DNA from: Vicinamibacterales bacterium
GTDB lineage: Bacteria; Acidobacteriota; Vicinamibacteria; Vicinamibacterales; JAMQPK01
Direction of reading: 5' to 3'
NCBI GenBank assembly: GCA_963825295.1
Contig: CAWGSZ010000009.1
Coordinates: 1,718,329-1,782,328, forward strand
Length of the DNA: 64,000 nucleotides
Shown here: positions 1-11,514 of the stretch, in pieces
Layout: every line of letters begins with the position of its first letter
How positions within the stretch are numbered: position 1 is the stretch's first letter
Program-made: the position numbers and the translations under genes
The notes under the pieces: model-generated
Told to the model about the DNA's origin: nothing
What the model saw: only the letters and a program-made list of their open reading frames with translations
Databases searched by the model: none

Positions 1-2214
1 TCCACCTCAGCCTGCGCCTTGTCCTTGTCCTTCGACGTGTTCAGCGGCTGCGTGCGCTTGCTGCCGTCGCGGTAGATCGAGATGGCCTTCGCACCAAGCC
101 TCCACGACTCGATGTACGCCTCCATGATCTCTTCGACCGTCGCTTCTTTCGGCACGTTCACCGTCTTCGAGATCGCGCCGGAAATGAAGGGCTGTGTCGC
201 GCCCATCATCTTGATGTGTCCGAGATAGTGAATCGACCGCTGGCCCTTGCGCGCCTTGAACGCGCAATCGAACACGGCGAGGTGCTCGTCTCTGAGCGCC
301 GGCGCGCCTTCGATCGTCTCGTTCTGATCGATGTACTCGACGATCGCCTTGATTTCCTGCTCGTTGTAGCCGAGCTTGGCGAGCGCCATCGGCACCGTCT
401 GGTTGACGATCTTCATCAACCCGCCGCCCACGAGCTTCTTGTATTTCACGAGCGCGATGTCGGGCTCGACGCCAGTCGTGTCGCAGTCCATCATGAAGCC
501 GATCGTGCCCGTCGGCGCCAGCACGGTCGCCTGGCCGTTGCGATAGCCGTACAGCTCGCCCAGGCGCACTGCCTCGTCCCACGCCTGCCGCGACGCGTTG
601 TACAGCTCGATCGGCACGTTCTTCACGTTGATGCCCTTCACCGCATCGCGATGCTTGCGCATGACGCGCAGGAACGGCTCCCTGTTGGTCTCGTAGCCGG
701 CAAATGGGCCGCCGTTGTCGCGCGCGATGCGCGCCGACTGCGCGTACGCCTCGCCCGTCATGATGGCGGTCAGCGCCGCGGCATAATCGCGTCCGCCGTC
801 GCTGTCGTAGGGCAGGCCGCGCGACATGAGCAGCGCGCCCAGGTTCGCATAGCCGAGGCCGAGCGGCCGGTAGGCGTGGCTGTTCTTCGCAATCGCCGTC
901 GTCGGATAGCTCGCGTTGTCCACGAGAATCTCCTGCGCCGTGATGAGCGTGCGGCACGCGGCCTTGTAGGCCACGAAATCGAACTCGCCGTCGGACCGCA
1001 CGAACTTCATGAGGTTGATCGACGCCAGGTTGCACGCCGAGTCGTCCAGGAACATGTATTCCGAGCAGGGATTGGACGCATTAATCCGGGCCGTGTTCGG
1101 GCACGGATGCCACTCGTTGACCGTCGTGTCGAACTGCATGCCGGGGTCGCCGCACACATACGTGCCTTCGGCGACCAGCTTCATCAGGTCGCGCGCCTTG
1201 TAGGTCTCCATCACCTCGCCGCTCGGTCACCGCTCTGGTCGACCAGTTCCCATCGTCGAGCACCGCGCGCATGAACTCGTCGGTCACCCGCACGCTGTTG
1301 TTCGAATTCTGGAAGAACACCGACGAGTACGCCGGGCCCGTGAACGAGCCGTCGTAGCCGGCGTCGATGAGCGCCCACGCCTTCTTCTCTTCTTCCACCT
1401 TGCAGTTGATGAACTCGACGATGTCGGGGTGATCGACGTTGAGGATCACCATCTTCGCGGCACGCCGCGTCTTCCCGCCCGACTTGATGACGCCCGCAAA
1501 CGCGTCGTACCCCTTCATGAACGATACCGGCCCCGACGCCGTGCCGCCGCCCGCCAGGACTTCCTTGGACGATCGAATCGCCGACAGGTTCGATCCCGTG
1601 CCCGATCCGAACTTGAAGAGCATGCCTTCGGTGCGGGCGAGCGTCAGGATCGAGTCCATCGTGTCCTGCACCGAGTTGATGAAACAGGCCGAGCATTGCG
1701 GGCTCTTTTCGAATCCGCAGTTGAACCACACCGGGCTGTTGAATGCGGCCTTCTGGTAGACGAGCAGGTGCTTCAGCTCCGCGCTGAAGGTCTCGAGATC
1801 GGCTTCGCTCGCGAAATAGCGGTCGAGGCGGCCCCATTCGGTAATCGTGTCCACGACACGGCCGATGAGCTGCTTCACGCTGTACTCGCGCTGCGCCGTC
1901 CCGATCTGCCCGCGGAAGTACTTCGAGACGACGATGTTGGTCGCCTGCTGCGACCAGAACGAAGGCATCTCGACGTCGCGCTGCTCGAACACCACTTCGC
2001 CGCGCTCGTTGCCGATGACGGCCGACCGCCGCTCCCAGGTGACCTCGTCGAACGGATCGACGTTGGGTAGCGTGAAGAAGCGCGGGAACTCCAGCCCCGG
2101 CGATTGAGCCGTACGAGGCTCGCCATTCGATGCCGTGTCCTGCGCCCGGCTGTCTGTCTCTTGCGCGGTAGGCTGCTCAGAGCCTGTGATGTCGTGAGCC
2201 TCGCCTCGTTCCAT
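1..2214 (-). CDS. nrdJ: Class II (B12-dependent) ribonucleotide reductase; runs off the left edge; frameshift near 1215
   Basis: Motifs FNSPVWFN, PQCSACFI, GVIKSGGKTRRAAKM. The other frame continues with NPCSEY and TVLAPTGTI. GGAGG upstream of ATG 2214. NrdR boxes upstream. Confidence 0.93.
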
Positions 2215-2412
2215 TCTCACCCTCCGATTTCCGGCGTTCCCGTTCCCGGACGCCAGACCCTGCCCAAAATTTGAAAAATGCGCGGCCAGAGCGAACCTTC
2301 GCCTTTGGGTTTGTATTCGCTTAATGATGCTGACCTGTGATGCCGACGCGACGTTCTTTGCGAGAAACCTTGGGGGAGGCCCCGCGCCTATCTGCTCGCG
2401 TTCAGGCGGTCA

Positions 2413-2441
2413 AATATGCGCTCGACTCTGTAGGATGTCAA
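2413..2441 (-). promoter_or_regulatory. sigma70-type promoter of nrdJ
   Basis: Minus strand reads TTGACA (2441-2436), 17-nt spacer, CATATT (2418-2413). Confidence 0.65.
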
Positions 2442-2450
2442 GCCTCAAAA

Positions 2451-2498
2451 CTACCATATATTGTGCGTCAGTTTTAGGTCGAACGCAATATATACACG
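2451..2498. promoter_or_regulatory. Tandem NrdR boxes
   Basis: ctaccatatattgtgc (2451-2466) and acgcaatatatacacg (2483-2498) resemble acaCwAtATaTwGtgt. They are 32 bp apart and upstream of an RNR gene. Confidence 0.85.
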
Positions 2499-2565
2499 CT
2501 CCGCCAAATCGGGCACCATAGCCGACTCCACTCGTTTTCTCGAGATTCCCAGTAAAATCAAAGGC

Positions 2566-3313
2566 CTGGACGCTGCCACGGACCAACCCCTGCCCGAGCC
2601 CACATCGAACGCGGTCGCCGCGGCTCGCGCGACGGCGCTCTTCGAGATTGCCCTGTGCTCCGGCATTCCCTCACAGTTCGCGATCGCGTACATGTTCGCG
2701 TTCGCGGGATTCACGCCGCTCACCAACGGCGAGCTCTCGTTCGGCTACATCGCGACGCTTCTGCTCTTCGACGCGACCGTGCTCATCGCCCTGATTTTCT
2801 GGCTGCTGAGCCGGCAGGGGGAGCGCCCGAGAGACGTGTTCATGGGACGGCTGCCGGTGGGCCCCGAGTTCAGGCTCGGCGTCGGCCTCACTGTCGTCGT
2901 CTTCGCCCTCGCCGTCGCGGTGCTGTCGGCCGCCCGGGTGCTTTTTCCCGCGCTTCACAACGTGAAAGAGAACCCGCTGCAGCAACTGATTCAGACGCCG
3001 ATGCAGGCGCTCATTCTCGCCATCGTCGCGACGATCAGCGGGGGCCTGCGCGAGGAGATCCAGCGCGCGTTCATCCTTCACCGTTTCGAGCAGTATCTCG
3101 GTGGCGGGCGTGCTCGGGTTGGTGCTCTACAGCCTGGTGTTCGGCTTCGGCCACAGCCTGCAGGGATGGGATGCCGTGCTGGCCACGACGATACTCGGCG
3201 CGTTCTGGGGCGCGGTCTATCTCATGCGGCGCAGCATCATCGCGCCGGTCGTGAGTCACTCGGGCTTCAACGCTGCCGAAATATTCGTGTTTCTCGCTAC
3301 TGCACGATCGTAA
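2566..3313 (+). CDS. CPBP/CAAX (Abi) intramembrane glutamic protease; start uncertain; frameshift near 3105
   Basis: Multi-TM protein with GLREEIQRAF. The second frame has FGFGHSLQG and VVSHSGFN. Confidence 0.8.
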
Positions 3314-3915
3314 CGTCGGCGCGGCGTCGCAGGTCGGCGATCCAGGCGCCGACGAGTGACTGACGCCGCTCGGCCACGAGTCTCGGCCTGGCCGCCTCAC
3401 CGCTTTGCCGGACCTCTTCGTCGGTCGGCTGGGAGGCCGCGGAGAACCGTTCGTCGAGATAGGACGCCAGCCGCAGGTCATCGGCCGCGTAGATTCTGAG
3501 CACGGCCTCGTCTACGCCTCTGGCCGCGAGCACGCCCGAGAACTCGGCCGCCGATCCGAATCGCGCGCGCATGCGCGCAATCCGCGCATCGATGGCCGCG
3601 GCCGTCGGTTCCGGCGGCACGACGCGGCGAACTTCGTTCAACATCAACAGGCGATCGACGAGCAGCGCTCAAGCCTCCCGTCAGGCGATCGCTCGCAGCC
3701 GGCGCCTCAATCAGGCCCAGATCGAGTGCGGCTTCCAGATCCGATAGCGTGACGATCTGGCCCGGCATGATGGCGAGCACCTTCTCGATAATCTCGGCCT
3801 TGGCACTGACGATGAAAGGGCTGAGGGCTGAGGGCTGAGGGCTGAGGAGCCACACGAATACGCTGATCGTGGCCCGCCACGCGTGACGCGAACGGCTCTT
3901 TGGCTTCACATCCAT
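3297..3915 (-). CDS. Exported SurA N-terminal-like protein; frameshift near 3660
   Basis: Signal peptide, then AEIIEKVLA..GQIVTLSDL; C-terminus WIADLRRRADVTI. Lies downstream of the Omp85 gene. Confidence 0.6.
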
Positions 3916-3942
3916 GCCATCTAGCCCTTAGCCCTATGCCCT
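3817..3942. repeat. Inverted heptamer arrays AGGGCTG x4 (3817-3847) and (T/A)(A/T)GCCCT x3 (3922-3942)
   Basis: Read directly. The arms flank ATG 3915. Confidence 0.85.
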
Positions 3943-3954
3943 GACGTGTATCTA

Positions 3955-6885
3955 TCAAAAGGCCTGCCCCAGCGAGATGTGGAGCGCGGTCAATGGCTCT
4001 CGGTCTCCGCTCGGCAACAGCCGGCGATCGAGCTTGAATCCCAGGTCCACGCGAATCGGGCCGACCGGCGAGCGATACCGCAGACCGAAGCCGACCGATC
4101 CCCGAAGTTCCGCGAGATCCATGTCATCCACATTCGCAAATACGTTGCCGCCATCGAGAAACGCCACCGCACCCAGCCCGCCGCGAACAGGGAATGCGGG
4201 CTTCGGCATTCAGCACGATAAGCCCGTGGCCGCCTTTCGGAAAGCCGTCCTGGTCGATGGTCTCGGGACGTGCCGAGCCGGTCGAGCGCGAAGCCGCGGA
4301 CCGTGTTTTCGCCGCCCGCATAGAACCGCTCGCTCGCCGGAATGTCTTCGACCGTGATTTCCTGTCCCTCGCGGTTGACGGTTGCTCGCAAAACCCGTCG
4401 CCAGCCCGACGCGGGCGCCGAAAGCAAGAACGGTCGAGCGTGCGCTCGGCAGCCGCCGGTAGCTGAATGCCTGCAGAAACGTCTTGAAGAAACCGACCTG
4501 CGATCCAAGCGCGCGCGCCGCCAGTTCGGCGTCCGCGCCGGTGAGCGTGCCGGAATCGGGTTCGACGGGATCTATCCGCGTGTCGCGAATCACCGACCCT
4601 GCCACGCTCGACAGGCGCACCTGCGGGAACAACCGGTCGATGATCGGCTGCGCGGCGAAGTTCGACTTGATGTTGACGAGCTTCGTGTGATCGAGACCGT
4701 AGTGGCCGATCACCAGGACCGCGGGCGTCACCCGCCGCGTGAAGATCGCGTTGGCGCCACGGCGGTTGAAGTCGAAGCTCGATCGCACGCCCTGCTCGAC
4801 GGCCGCGGTAAACGTGAAGTCGGCCGCGGTATTGAAGATGCTTCGCTCGCCGAAAGTCAGCCGCGCCAGATATTCGTTGAACCCGTATCCCCCGTCGTCG
4901 ACCGGAAATGGGGCCTGGCTTTCCAGGTCGCTGAGGCCGGTCTTGCGAAAGCTAACGCTCGTGAACAGGCCGATCGATCGGTCCTTGCCGAACAGGTTGC
5001 GCCGGTTCACCTGGAAGAACCCGCGCGGCGCGACTTGAAATTCCTCAATGGCGTCGCCGCCATCCAGCGATCGCACGAGTCGACGGCCACCTTCGATGCC
5101 GCCGCCGTACGAGATGGTCGTCACGGGCGCCTCGTCGACGGTGATGACGACATCCCGGAGGTTGGTTTCGCCTGGAAGCTGAAGGTAGGAAATATCAACG
5201 CGCCGGAAGAGACCGAGCGTGGTGAGCCGCCTCCGCGTCTCGTCTTCCTGCTCCTGCGAGAGCGGCTGCCCGCTCTTCAGCTGCACTTCGCGGAGAATCG
5301 TCTCGCGGCTGGTGCGCTGATTCCCGACGATGAGCACGTGGTCGATCAGGATCTGCGGGCCTTCGTGGATGTTGAAGTTCAGCTCGACTTTCGATCCGTC
5401 GCCAATGCCCTTTGGCGCCGGCTGCACGGTGACTTCCGGATAACCGCGATTGAGGTACAAGACGCCAATGGCATCGGCATCCGACGCAATCTGGGGCTCG
5501 AAGTACGGCTGCCCCGGAGACGCCGTCACGACCTTGCGAAGCATCTCCGCGGCGATGGCGGTATTGCCCTGGAACAGGACCGAATCGACCATCGAGCGCA
5601 CGCCTTCGGCGATGACGAACCGCACGCGCACGTACTCGCTGCCGGCCTTCGGCTCGCGCCGTTCGAGCTGCGACGTCACTTTCACGCCCGCGAACCCGCG
5701 CTGGCGGTAGTAGCCCTGAATTCGTGACGCATCGGCGCCGGCAATCGAGTCGCTGAACGCCAGTCCGGTCTTCATCACGAGAAGCGGCGCCAGCTCTGCC
5801 GACGTGATCGACGTGTTGCCCGTCACTTCGGCCTGCTCGACGATGCACTGGGGTCCGCGAGTCACGGTGAACGTCACGCGCAGTACCCCTTCTGCTTCAG
5901 CGCGCTGGTAGTCGGCCCGCGGGTTGCAGAACCCACGCTCGCGGAAGTGGCGCTCGATGCCGAACTTCGAGTCCTCGAGCAGATCTTCGTCGACCGAACG
6001 CTCCCGGGCGATCGGCACGAGCAGGTTCCGTTCGCTCGTGCTCAACGGATCTCCCTGGAAGTCGATCTCGACGCGCGGTCCCGGCTCCACGCTCAGGGTC
6101 AGGTCGACGGCGGTATCGTCGGCGAAGCGCGCGATCTGCGTCACACGGGCCTCGTAGTAGCCCTCCGCGCGCAGCTCGCCGGCATACCTGATGAGGCGCT
6201 CATCGAGCTCCACGCCGTCGTAGCCATCGCCGAGCCGCAGATCGAGCGCGCCCAGCAGTTGCGCCTGCGATCCACGTGGTGAGCCCTGCACGTCGATCTC
6301 CGCAATACGCGCCCGCGCACCGGGGCGGATGGCAATGACCATGGTCGCGTTCGATGGATCGCGCGTGGGACCGGCACTGATGGTGATCTCGGCCTTCGGA
6401 TAGCCCCGCTGGCGATACACCGTCTGAAGCGTGGACGTCACCTGGTTCGCCCGCGCAAGGGAAAGCGACGAGCCATGGCGTTCCAGGACGACACGGCGCA
6501 GTTCGGCTTCCGGGATGCCGAGCTGCCCCGAAAAAGCAATCCTGCGGAAGCGTTGTGCCGGAATGAGGTTGTAGGTCAGCACGACGCCCGTGTCGCGAAG
6601 CGACGCATCAACCTGCACGTCCTGGTACAGTCCCAGGCCGAACAGGTGCGCCATGCTTTCGCGGACCTCGCCCATGGCAAGCGGCGACCCGGCGTCGGTT
6701 TCGATAATCTCGACGAGCGCCGGATCTCGCACCTCGACGCCGTTGGTCTGCAACCGGATTTCGACGATGGTCTTACCGATGTAATCGGTGACGGCCGCCT
6801 CGGACCTGCGGCCGATGGCGAGCAACACGAGCAGCAGTACGCAGCGTCCGGCGTCAGCCGAACGCCCGCGGCGGAACACCCTCAA
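3955..6885 (-). CDS. BamA/TamA-family Omp85 outer-membrane protein with multiple POTRA domains; frameshifts at about 4200-4390
   Basis: POTRA repeats, ERFYAGGENTVRGF, and terminal GFGLRYRSPVGPIRVDLG..ISLGQAF. Confidence 0.88.
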
Positions 6886-9800
6886 AATTCTTTCCTTACA
6901 CGAATGTCCAGCGAATAGGTCTCGTCTTCGTTCCGGGTCAGGATCCAGGAGAGGCGATCGGTCTGATCGTATTCGAGGAGAACGATTTGATCGCTTGTCG
7001 AGCTGAGGCTGCGCGAAAACGTCAGGTACGCGCGGTTGGAGATGCGCTTGCCGATGGTCAGGCGCGCCGACGGATTGAACCGCGTCGACTGCTGTGTTGT
7101 ATCCGACAGAATCGGCGTGAGCTGGAACGTGTCGACACCGAACGTCGATTCGACGACTTGTCCGATCTGCCCCGAGATGGGATTCGTGATCATCCGCGCC
7201 ATTTGCGCCTGCACGAGCTGCTGTTCGGTACGGTCCGGACTCTGCAGCGCGCGCAGATCGGCATCCTGCCCTGTTGCGGTGCCGAGCAGCAACGACGCCA
7301 CTTCGATGGGCGCCAGCGGCGGATCCGACATGAACACGGGCCGCAGGCGCTGCATCGTGCCCGATGCGCTCAACGTGACGCGATAGGTCTGGCCTGGCAC
7401 GCGAACCTGAGTCTCGGCGGCGATGTCGAACATCGGCTCCATGCGCAACGGATTCGTGAAGTCGATCGTGCCGCGTGTCACGAGGTAGCGCCGCCCCTCG
7501 AAGATGAACTCGCCGCGCGAGATCTCCGCGCGTCCGAAGACGATGGGCTTCTCATAGGTGCCGCGGAACTGCAGGTCGGCGCTCGACACAATTGTGGCGT
7601 TGCTGTTCTCGATGCGCAGCGTCCCGGGCGCGATGACCCGCACGTCCAGACGCACGGGCGGAATGTTGCTCGTCGACGCCGCGCCCGCCACGACAAGGGT
7701 CCCGCCGCCCGATCCCCCGCCGAGGTCGAACAGGTTGCCGCCGGTGTCGAACCTCGTCGTCCAGAGCGCGCTCTGCACCATCACCGACCCGGCGAGCACC
7801 GGCGCCGTCACGCGTCCCGTCAGCGACAGATCCGCGTCGATTTCCGAGCGCACGCCTTCGGGATAACGCAGGCGCATGCTGCGGCCGCTTGCCGTCAGCG
7901 CGAGGTCGGCCGGCGCGTAGCCCTCGAGGCCGATGCGTCCGTCGAAGTTCACCTGGCCGTCGGCCACGCGCGCCGTCAGGCCGTCGAGCCGGATGTTCCG
8001 CGAGTCGAACAGGATGGTGCCGTTCACCTGCTCCAGCGAGTGCGGCAGCGAGAAATACCGCAGCCGCCCGTTCTCGATCGTCGCGCGGCCCAGGATGACC
8101 GGCGCATCGAGCGAGCCGCTGACCTGCGCGGTCAGCTCGGCGTTGCCCGAGCTGCGGATGTTCCGGTAGAACCCCTGCAGCAGGCCCAGATTCGCGCGGC
8201 CGCGCGCGAGCCCGGCCACGCGCCGCGCGTTCATGTCCATCGTGCCGGTGACATCCAGCTCGGTGCCGTCGCCGATGAAGCGCATGTCGTCGATCCGGGC
8301 GACGTTGTTGCTCATCAGCACGTGGATCGGCTTGGCGTTTCGCAGCGCGTAGTCGAACGCCCGTACCTGGAGCTGGTCGAACATCATGTCGACGACGAGC
8401 CTGTCGCGATTGGCCAGCTGTCCGACGATGCGCAGCGTGCCGCTGCCGACCGCCGTCGTGAACGGCGAGATGCGCGGCTCGACCGCGCGCGCATAAGGAT
8501 CGAGCGACGTGTCGGTGAAGCGCAGCGTAATGTCGGCGTCCTGCGCCTCGGTGAGGTCGATGCGTCCGGTCCCCGACACCGCGAGGCGCGGCGAGGCCGC
8601 CTCGAGCTCGACCGTCATCGAGTCGCCACGAATGTCGAGCCGTCCCGTCACCTCGCCGACACCCTCGTCAGCGACGAAGAGGTCGCGGATGCGCCCGCGG
8701 AACTGGTAGCGGGGCACGTCGAACGTGCCGGTGCCATCGGCATTGAACTCGAGGAATCCGGTCAGCTTCGCCTGTGGGTAGGCGGTCGCCTTGACGCTGT
8801 CCATCGGGATGCGCCGGCCGGTCGCGTTGAACGAGTAGGTGCCGTTCCACCCGACGAACGCCGCGCCTTCCGCCGTCCCGCCGCTCTTCTTCATCGCGAT
8901 GCTGTCGATACGCACGCCGTTGCCTTCGAATCGCAGGGCTCCCGATGCGGTCTCGAACGGCTCCCCATACGCGATGCCGTTGTCGATGGTGAGGCTGCCG
9001 AAGCCATACGGCCCCTGGTACGGGCCGTACAGGTGATACTCGCCCGAGATGATGCCTTCGACGTCGTAGTCGTCGATGTCGAACGCGTGCTTGAAATCGG
9101 TGGCGGTCCAGTTCGCCACGTGGATGCGGCCGTTGATCTCCTCGCCCTTGTCGCGCCTGGGGAATCCCAGCGAGAAGCGGCCGTTGACGACAATCTCGCC
9201 GCCGTCTTTCTGCATGTGACCGCCGGTGACGTCGACGTAGGAATTCTGGATGACGAGGCCGGCTTCGCCGCGCCCCCAGGTGACGTCGAACGCGTGCATA
9301 TCTTTCGCGACGAAATGCCCCTCGACGCGGGGCCGCCCGATCGCCTCGGTCATCACACCGGAAAACTCGGCTGAGCCCCCGACGGTAATGGGATTGGTGG
9401 GCGCACCGAACGCCGTCATCATGCCGGCCAGCACGCGATCGCTTTCCTGCAAGTCAGCGCTCGTGACATGGAACGGGATGTTGGAGTTGTCGCCCCATGC
9501 GGTCCGGCCGCTGAACGTGACGTCGGTCGCGGGAGTTGAGAAGCGGCCGTCGGAAAAGGCCACTCCCCTGCCGTCATATTGATACGTCACGTGGCCGGCA
9601 ACCGGCAGGTGACCGAGGCCGGGGTGAAAGCCGCCCGTATCGGGGCCGCTCGCAAAATCGCTTGCCCGCGTGCCGGCCAGCACGTCCACACCCGCTGGCG
9701 GCACGACCTCGAAACGGCCGTCTCCGGATCGCTCGCGAAACTGGCCGAGCGGCCATTCGAGCAGATTGCGTCCGCTCCATCGGCCGGCCAGGCGCAGCCC

Positions 9801-10955
9801 CGACATCTTCAGGAAGTCGCTGAACGCGGCCAGATCGATGTCTTCCCAGACGGCGTCGAACCGTGCATTGGACGGCTGACCCGGTTTCCCGGACGAGAGT
9901 ATCGAGTACTCCAGGTCCGCGACGCCGCCGTAGAAGTCGGTGGTGGTATCGGTGACCTCGAATCGATTGGGAAACCAGCCGAGCTTGCCTTTCAGATTGG
10001 GGAACTGATAGTCGAGCTCACCCATCTGAAGGCCCGCGACCTCGCTCTCGAAGCTGCCGGTCAGCGCACGCCCGCCTTTGAAGAGATGGAACACGCCGTC
10101 GAATCGTCCCTCGCCCGTGAGGGTGTAGTTCTCTTTCGCGAAGAAGAGCTCGCGCATGCGCTTGAAGTCGACCGTCGACTTCACCTGGTACTTCATCTCA
10201 GGCCATTTGGGAATATCGGCATCGCCCGTGATCATCGACTCTGCGCCGTCGCTCATCAGGAGCATCCGCTCGAAGTGGATGTTTCCGCCGTCGACGCTGA
10301 ACACGGCCTTCATCGAGATGTCCATCGGCACGTACTTCTGGATCCAGACCGTGCCGCCGTGGAATGTCGCCTCGCCGCGATAGCCGGCAAACTTCGTGAC
10401 CGTGATGTCGAGATTGCGCGCGATTGCGCCCCAGGGCGCGCCATGATCGTCGAACGTCACCGTGCCGTTCCGCGTCCGCACGTACTGCATCGTCGTGACG
10501 AACCGCTTCGGACCGCCCCCGCCGCCCATATTGAACTTGGGAAAGCTGTGGCGGCCGCCCGCCCACTGTTCGATGACCATGTGCCAGTCGGTCATCTCGA
10601 TCGAGTCGAGCAGCACTTCGCGGTGGAACATGGCGTCCCACGCCAGCGAGATGTCGATGCGCTTGGCGGTGATGAACGGGCGGTCTTCCGGTGACAGCCC
10701 GGCGATCGAGAAGTCTTCGAGCACGAACTTGCCGGTAAAAAGGCGGACGCCGAGCCGGCCGATGCGCATCGCCCGGCCGACGCGCTTCGACCCTTCGCGC
10801 TCGGCGAGGGCGCGCAGTCCTGGACCGAGATCGATGGTCAGCGTCGACACGATCGCCACCGCGAGCGTCACCGCCAGCGCGGCGACACCGAACCGCGTGA
10901 AGCGGAACGCCAAGTGCGATCTGATGCGCTCGAAGCGCTTGAACCTGAGCGGCAC
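6882..10955 (-). CDS. tamB: Translocation and assembly module TamB-family protein
   Basis: 1357 aa, N-terminal TM, beta-taco repeats, DUF490-like C-terminus (LTIGKRIS). Overlaps the Omp85 gene. Confidence 0.8.
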   Translation of the reverse strand: MPLRFKRFERIRSHLAFRFTRFGVAALAVTLAVAIVSTLTIDLGPGLRALAEREGSKRVGRAMRIGRLGVRLFTGKFVLEDFSIAGLSPEDRPFITAKRIDISLAWDAMFHREVLLDSIEMTDWHMVIEQWAGGRHSFPKFNMGGGGGPKRFVTTMQYVRTRNGTVTFDDHGAPWGAIARNLDITVTKFAGYRGEATFHGGTVWIQKYVPMDISMKAVFSVDGGNIHFERMLLMSDGAESMITGDADIPKWPEMKYQVKSTVDFKRMRELFFAKENYTLTGEGRFDGVFHLFKGGRALTGSFESEVAGLQMGELDYQFPNLKGKLGWFPNRFEVTDTTTDFYGGVADLEYSILSSGKPGQPSNARFDAVWEDIDLAAFSDFLKMSGLRLAGRWSGRNLLEWPLGQFRERSGDGRFEVVPPAGVDVLAGTRASDFASGPDTGGFHPGLGHLPVAGHVTYQYDGRGVAFSDGRFSTPATDVTFSGRTAWGDNSNIPFHVTSADLQESDRVLAGMMTAFGAPTNPITVGGSAEFSGVMTEAIGRPRVEGHFVAKDMHAFDVTWGRGEAGLVIQNSYVDVTGGHMQKDGGEIVVNGRFSLGFPRRDKGEEINGRIHVANWTATDFKHAFDIDDYDVEGIISGEYHLYGPYQGPYGFGSLTIDNGIAYGEPFETASGALRFEGNGVRIDSIAMKKSGGTAEGAAFVGWNGTYSFNATGRRIPMDSVKATAYPQAKLTGFLEFNADGTGTFDVPRYQFRGRIRDLFVADEGVGEVTGRLDIRGDSMTVELEAASPRLAVSGTGRIDLTEAQDADITLRFTDTSLDPYARAVEPRISPFTTAVGSGTLRIVGQLANRDRLVVDMMFDQLQVRAFDYALRNAKPIHVLMSNNVARIDDMRFIGDGTELDVTGTMDMNARRVAGLARGRANLGLLQGFYRNIRSSGNAELTAQVSGSLDAPVILGRATIENGRLRYFSLPHSLEQVNGTILFDSRNIRLDGLTARVADGQVNFDGRIGLEGYAPADLALTASGRSMRLRYPEGVRSEIDADLSLTGRVTAPVLAGSVMVQSALWTTRFDTGGNLFDLGGGSGGGTLVVAGAASTSNIPPVRLDVRVIAPGTLRIENSNATIVSSADLQFRGTYEKPIVFGRAEISRGEFIFEGRRYLVTRGTIDFTNPLRMEPMFDIAAETQVRVPGQTYRVTLSASGTMQRLRPVFMSDPPLAPIEVASLLLGTATGQDADLRALQSPDRTEQQLVQAQMARMITNPISGQIGQVVESTFGVDTFQLTPILSDTTQQSTRFNPSARLTIGKRISNRAYLTFSRSLSSTSDQIVLLEYDQTDRLSWILTRNEDETYSLDIRVRKEF

Positions 10956-10956
10956 T

Positions 10957-10977
10957 CCTAATCCCTAATCCCTAATC
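10957..10977 (+). repeat. CCTAATC x3 heptamer array
   Basis: Contains the BCCP gene stop and fills the spacer to tamB. Confidence 0.9.
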
Positions 10978-11514
10978 TTTCCCTATCACGATCAAAACTG
11001 CCCCACTCTCGACGACCGCCCCTGGCCTGGCCGCCACTTCCATGACGATGCCGTCTCCGGGCGCCCGGAGCTCGTTCTCCATTTTCATGGCTTCGACCAC
11101 GACCACTCCCTGCCGCGCGGTCACGCGATCACCCACCGCCACGAGGACACGCACGACGCGGCCCGGCATCGGCGCCTTGATAAAAACGGTTCCGGGATCC
11201 GTTTTCGAAGCGGGGTCGGGAGGGGTTTTCCCGGCCACGGGGTCGGAAAACCCCTCCCGACCCCGCCTGGGTGCGACCGCCGCCTCGTACACTCGCCCGC
11301 CGATTTCTACGCCGACCGCACCGTTCTCGCGGCGTTCGAGGCGGATCTCATGGACGAGGGCACTATCCAGCAACGACAAGGTATCGGCATCAACCCAGGA
11401 GGCGTCGATCAGCCGGCGCTTTCCTTTGACCGTCACGGCAAACTGCCCCGGCCGCTCCGCCGGTTCGATCCCGATCCTCCATGGGCGGCCGTCCACGCTG
11501 ACCTCCACGGTCAT
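10972..11514 (-). CDS. Biotin carboxyl carrier protein
   Basis: APMPGRVV and EAMKMENEL biotinylation motif. Confidence 0.93.
   Translation of the reverse strand: MTVEVSVDGRPWRIGIEPAERPGQFAVTVKGKRRLIDASWVDADTLSLLDSALVHEIRLERRENGAVGVEIGGRVYEAAVAPRRGREGFSDPVAGKTPPDPASKTDPGTVFIKAPMPGRVVRVLVAVGDRVTARQGVVVVEAMKMENELRAPGDGIVMEVAARPGAVVESGAVLIVIGKD
11210..11266. repeat. Perfect 22-bp palindrome inside the BCCP linker
   Basis: gcggggtcgggaggggttttcc-N13-ggaaaacccctcccgaccccgc. The same family occurs at 62578-62631. Confidence 0.9.

Noticed and set aside
2220-2410. Cobalamin riboswitch in the long nrdJ leader
   Set aside because: No recognisable B12-box or conserved core was seen. The NrdR boxes already account for regulation.
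6987-9374. Long antisense ORFs (also 14136-16223, 19458-21173, 50490-52655)
   Set aside because: Shadow frames of high-GC genes, Arg/Ala-rich with no recognisable motifs.
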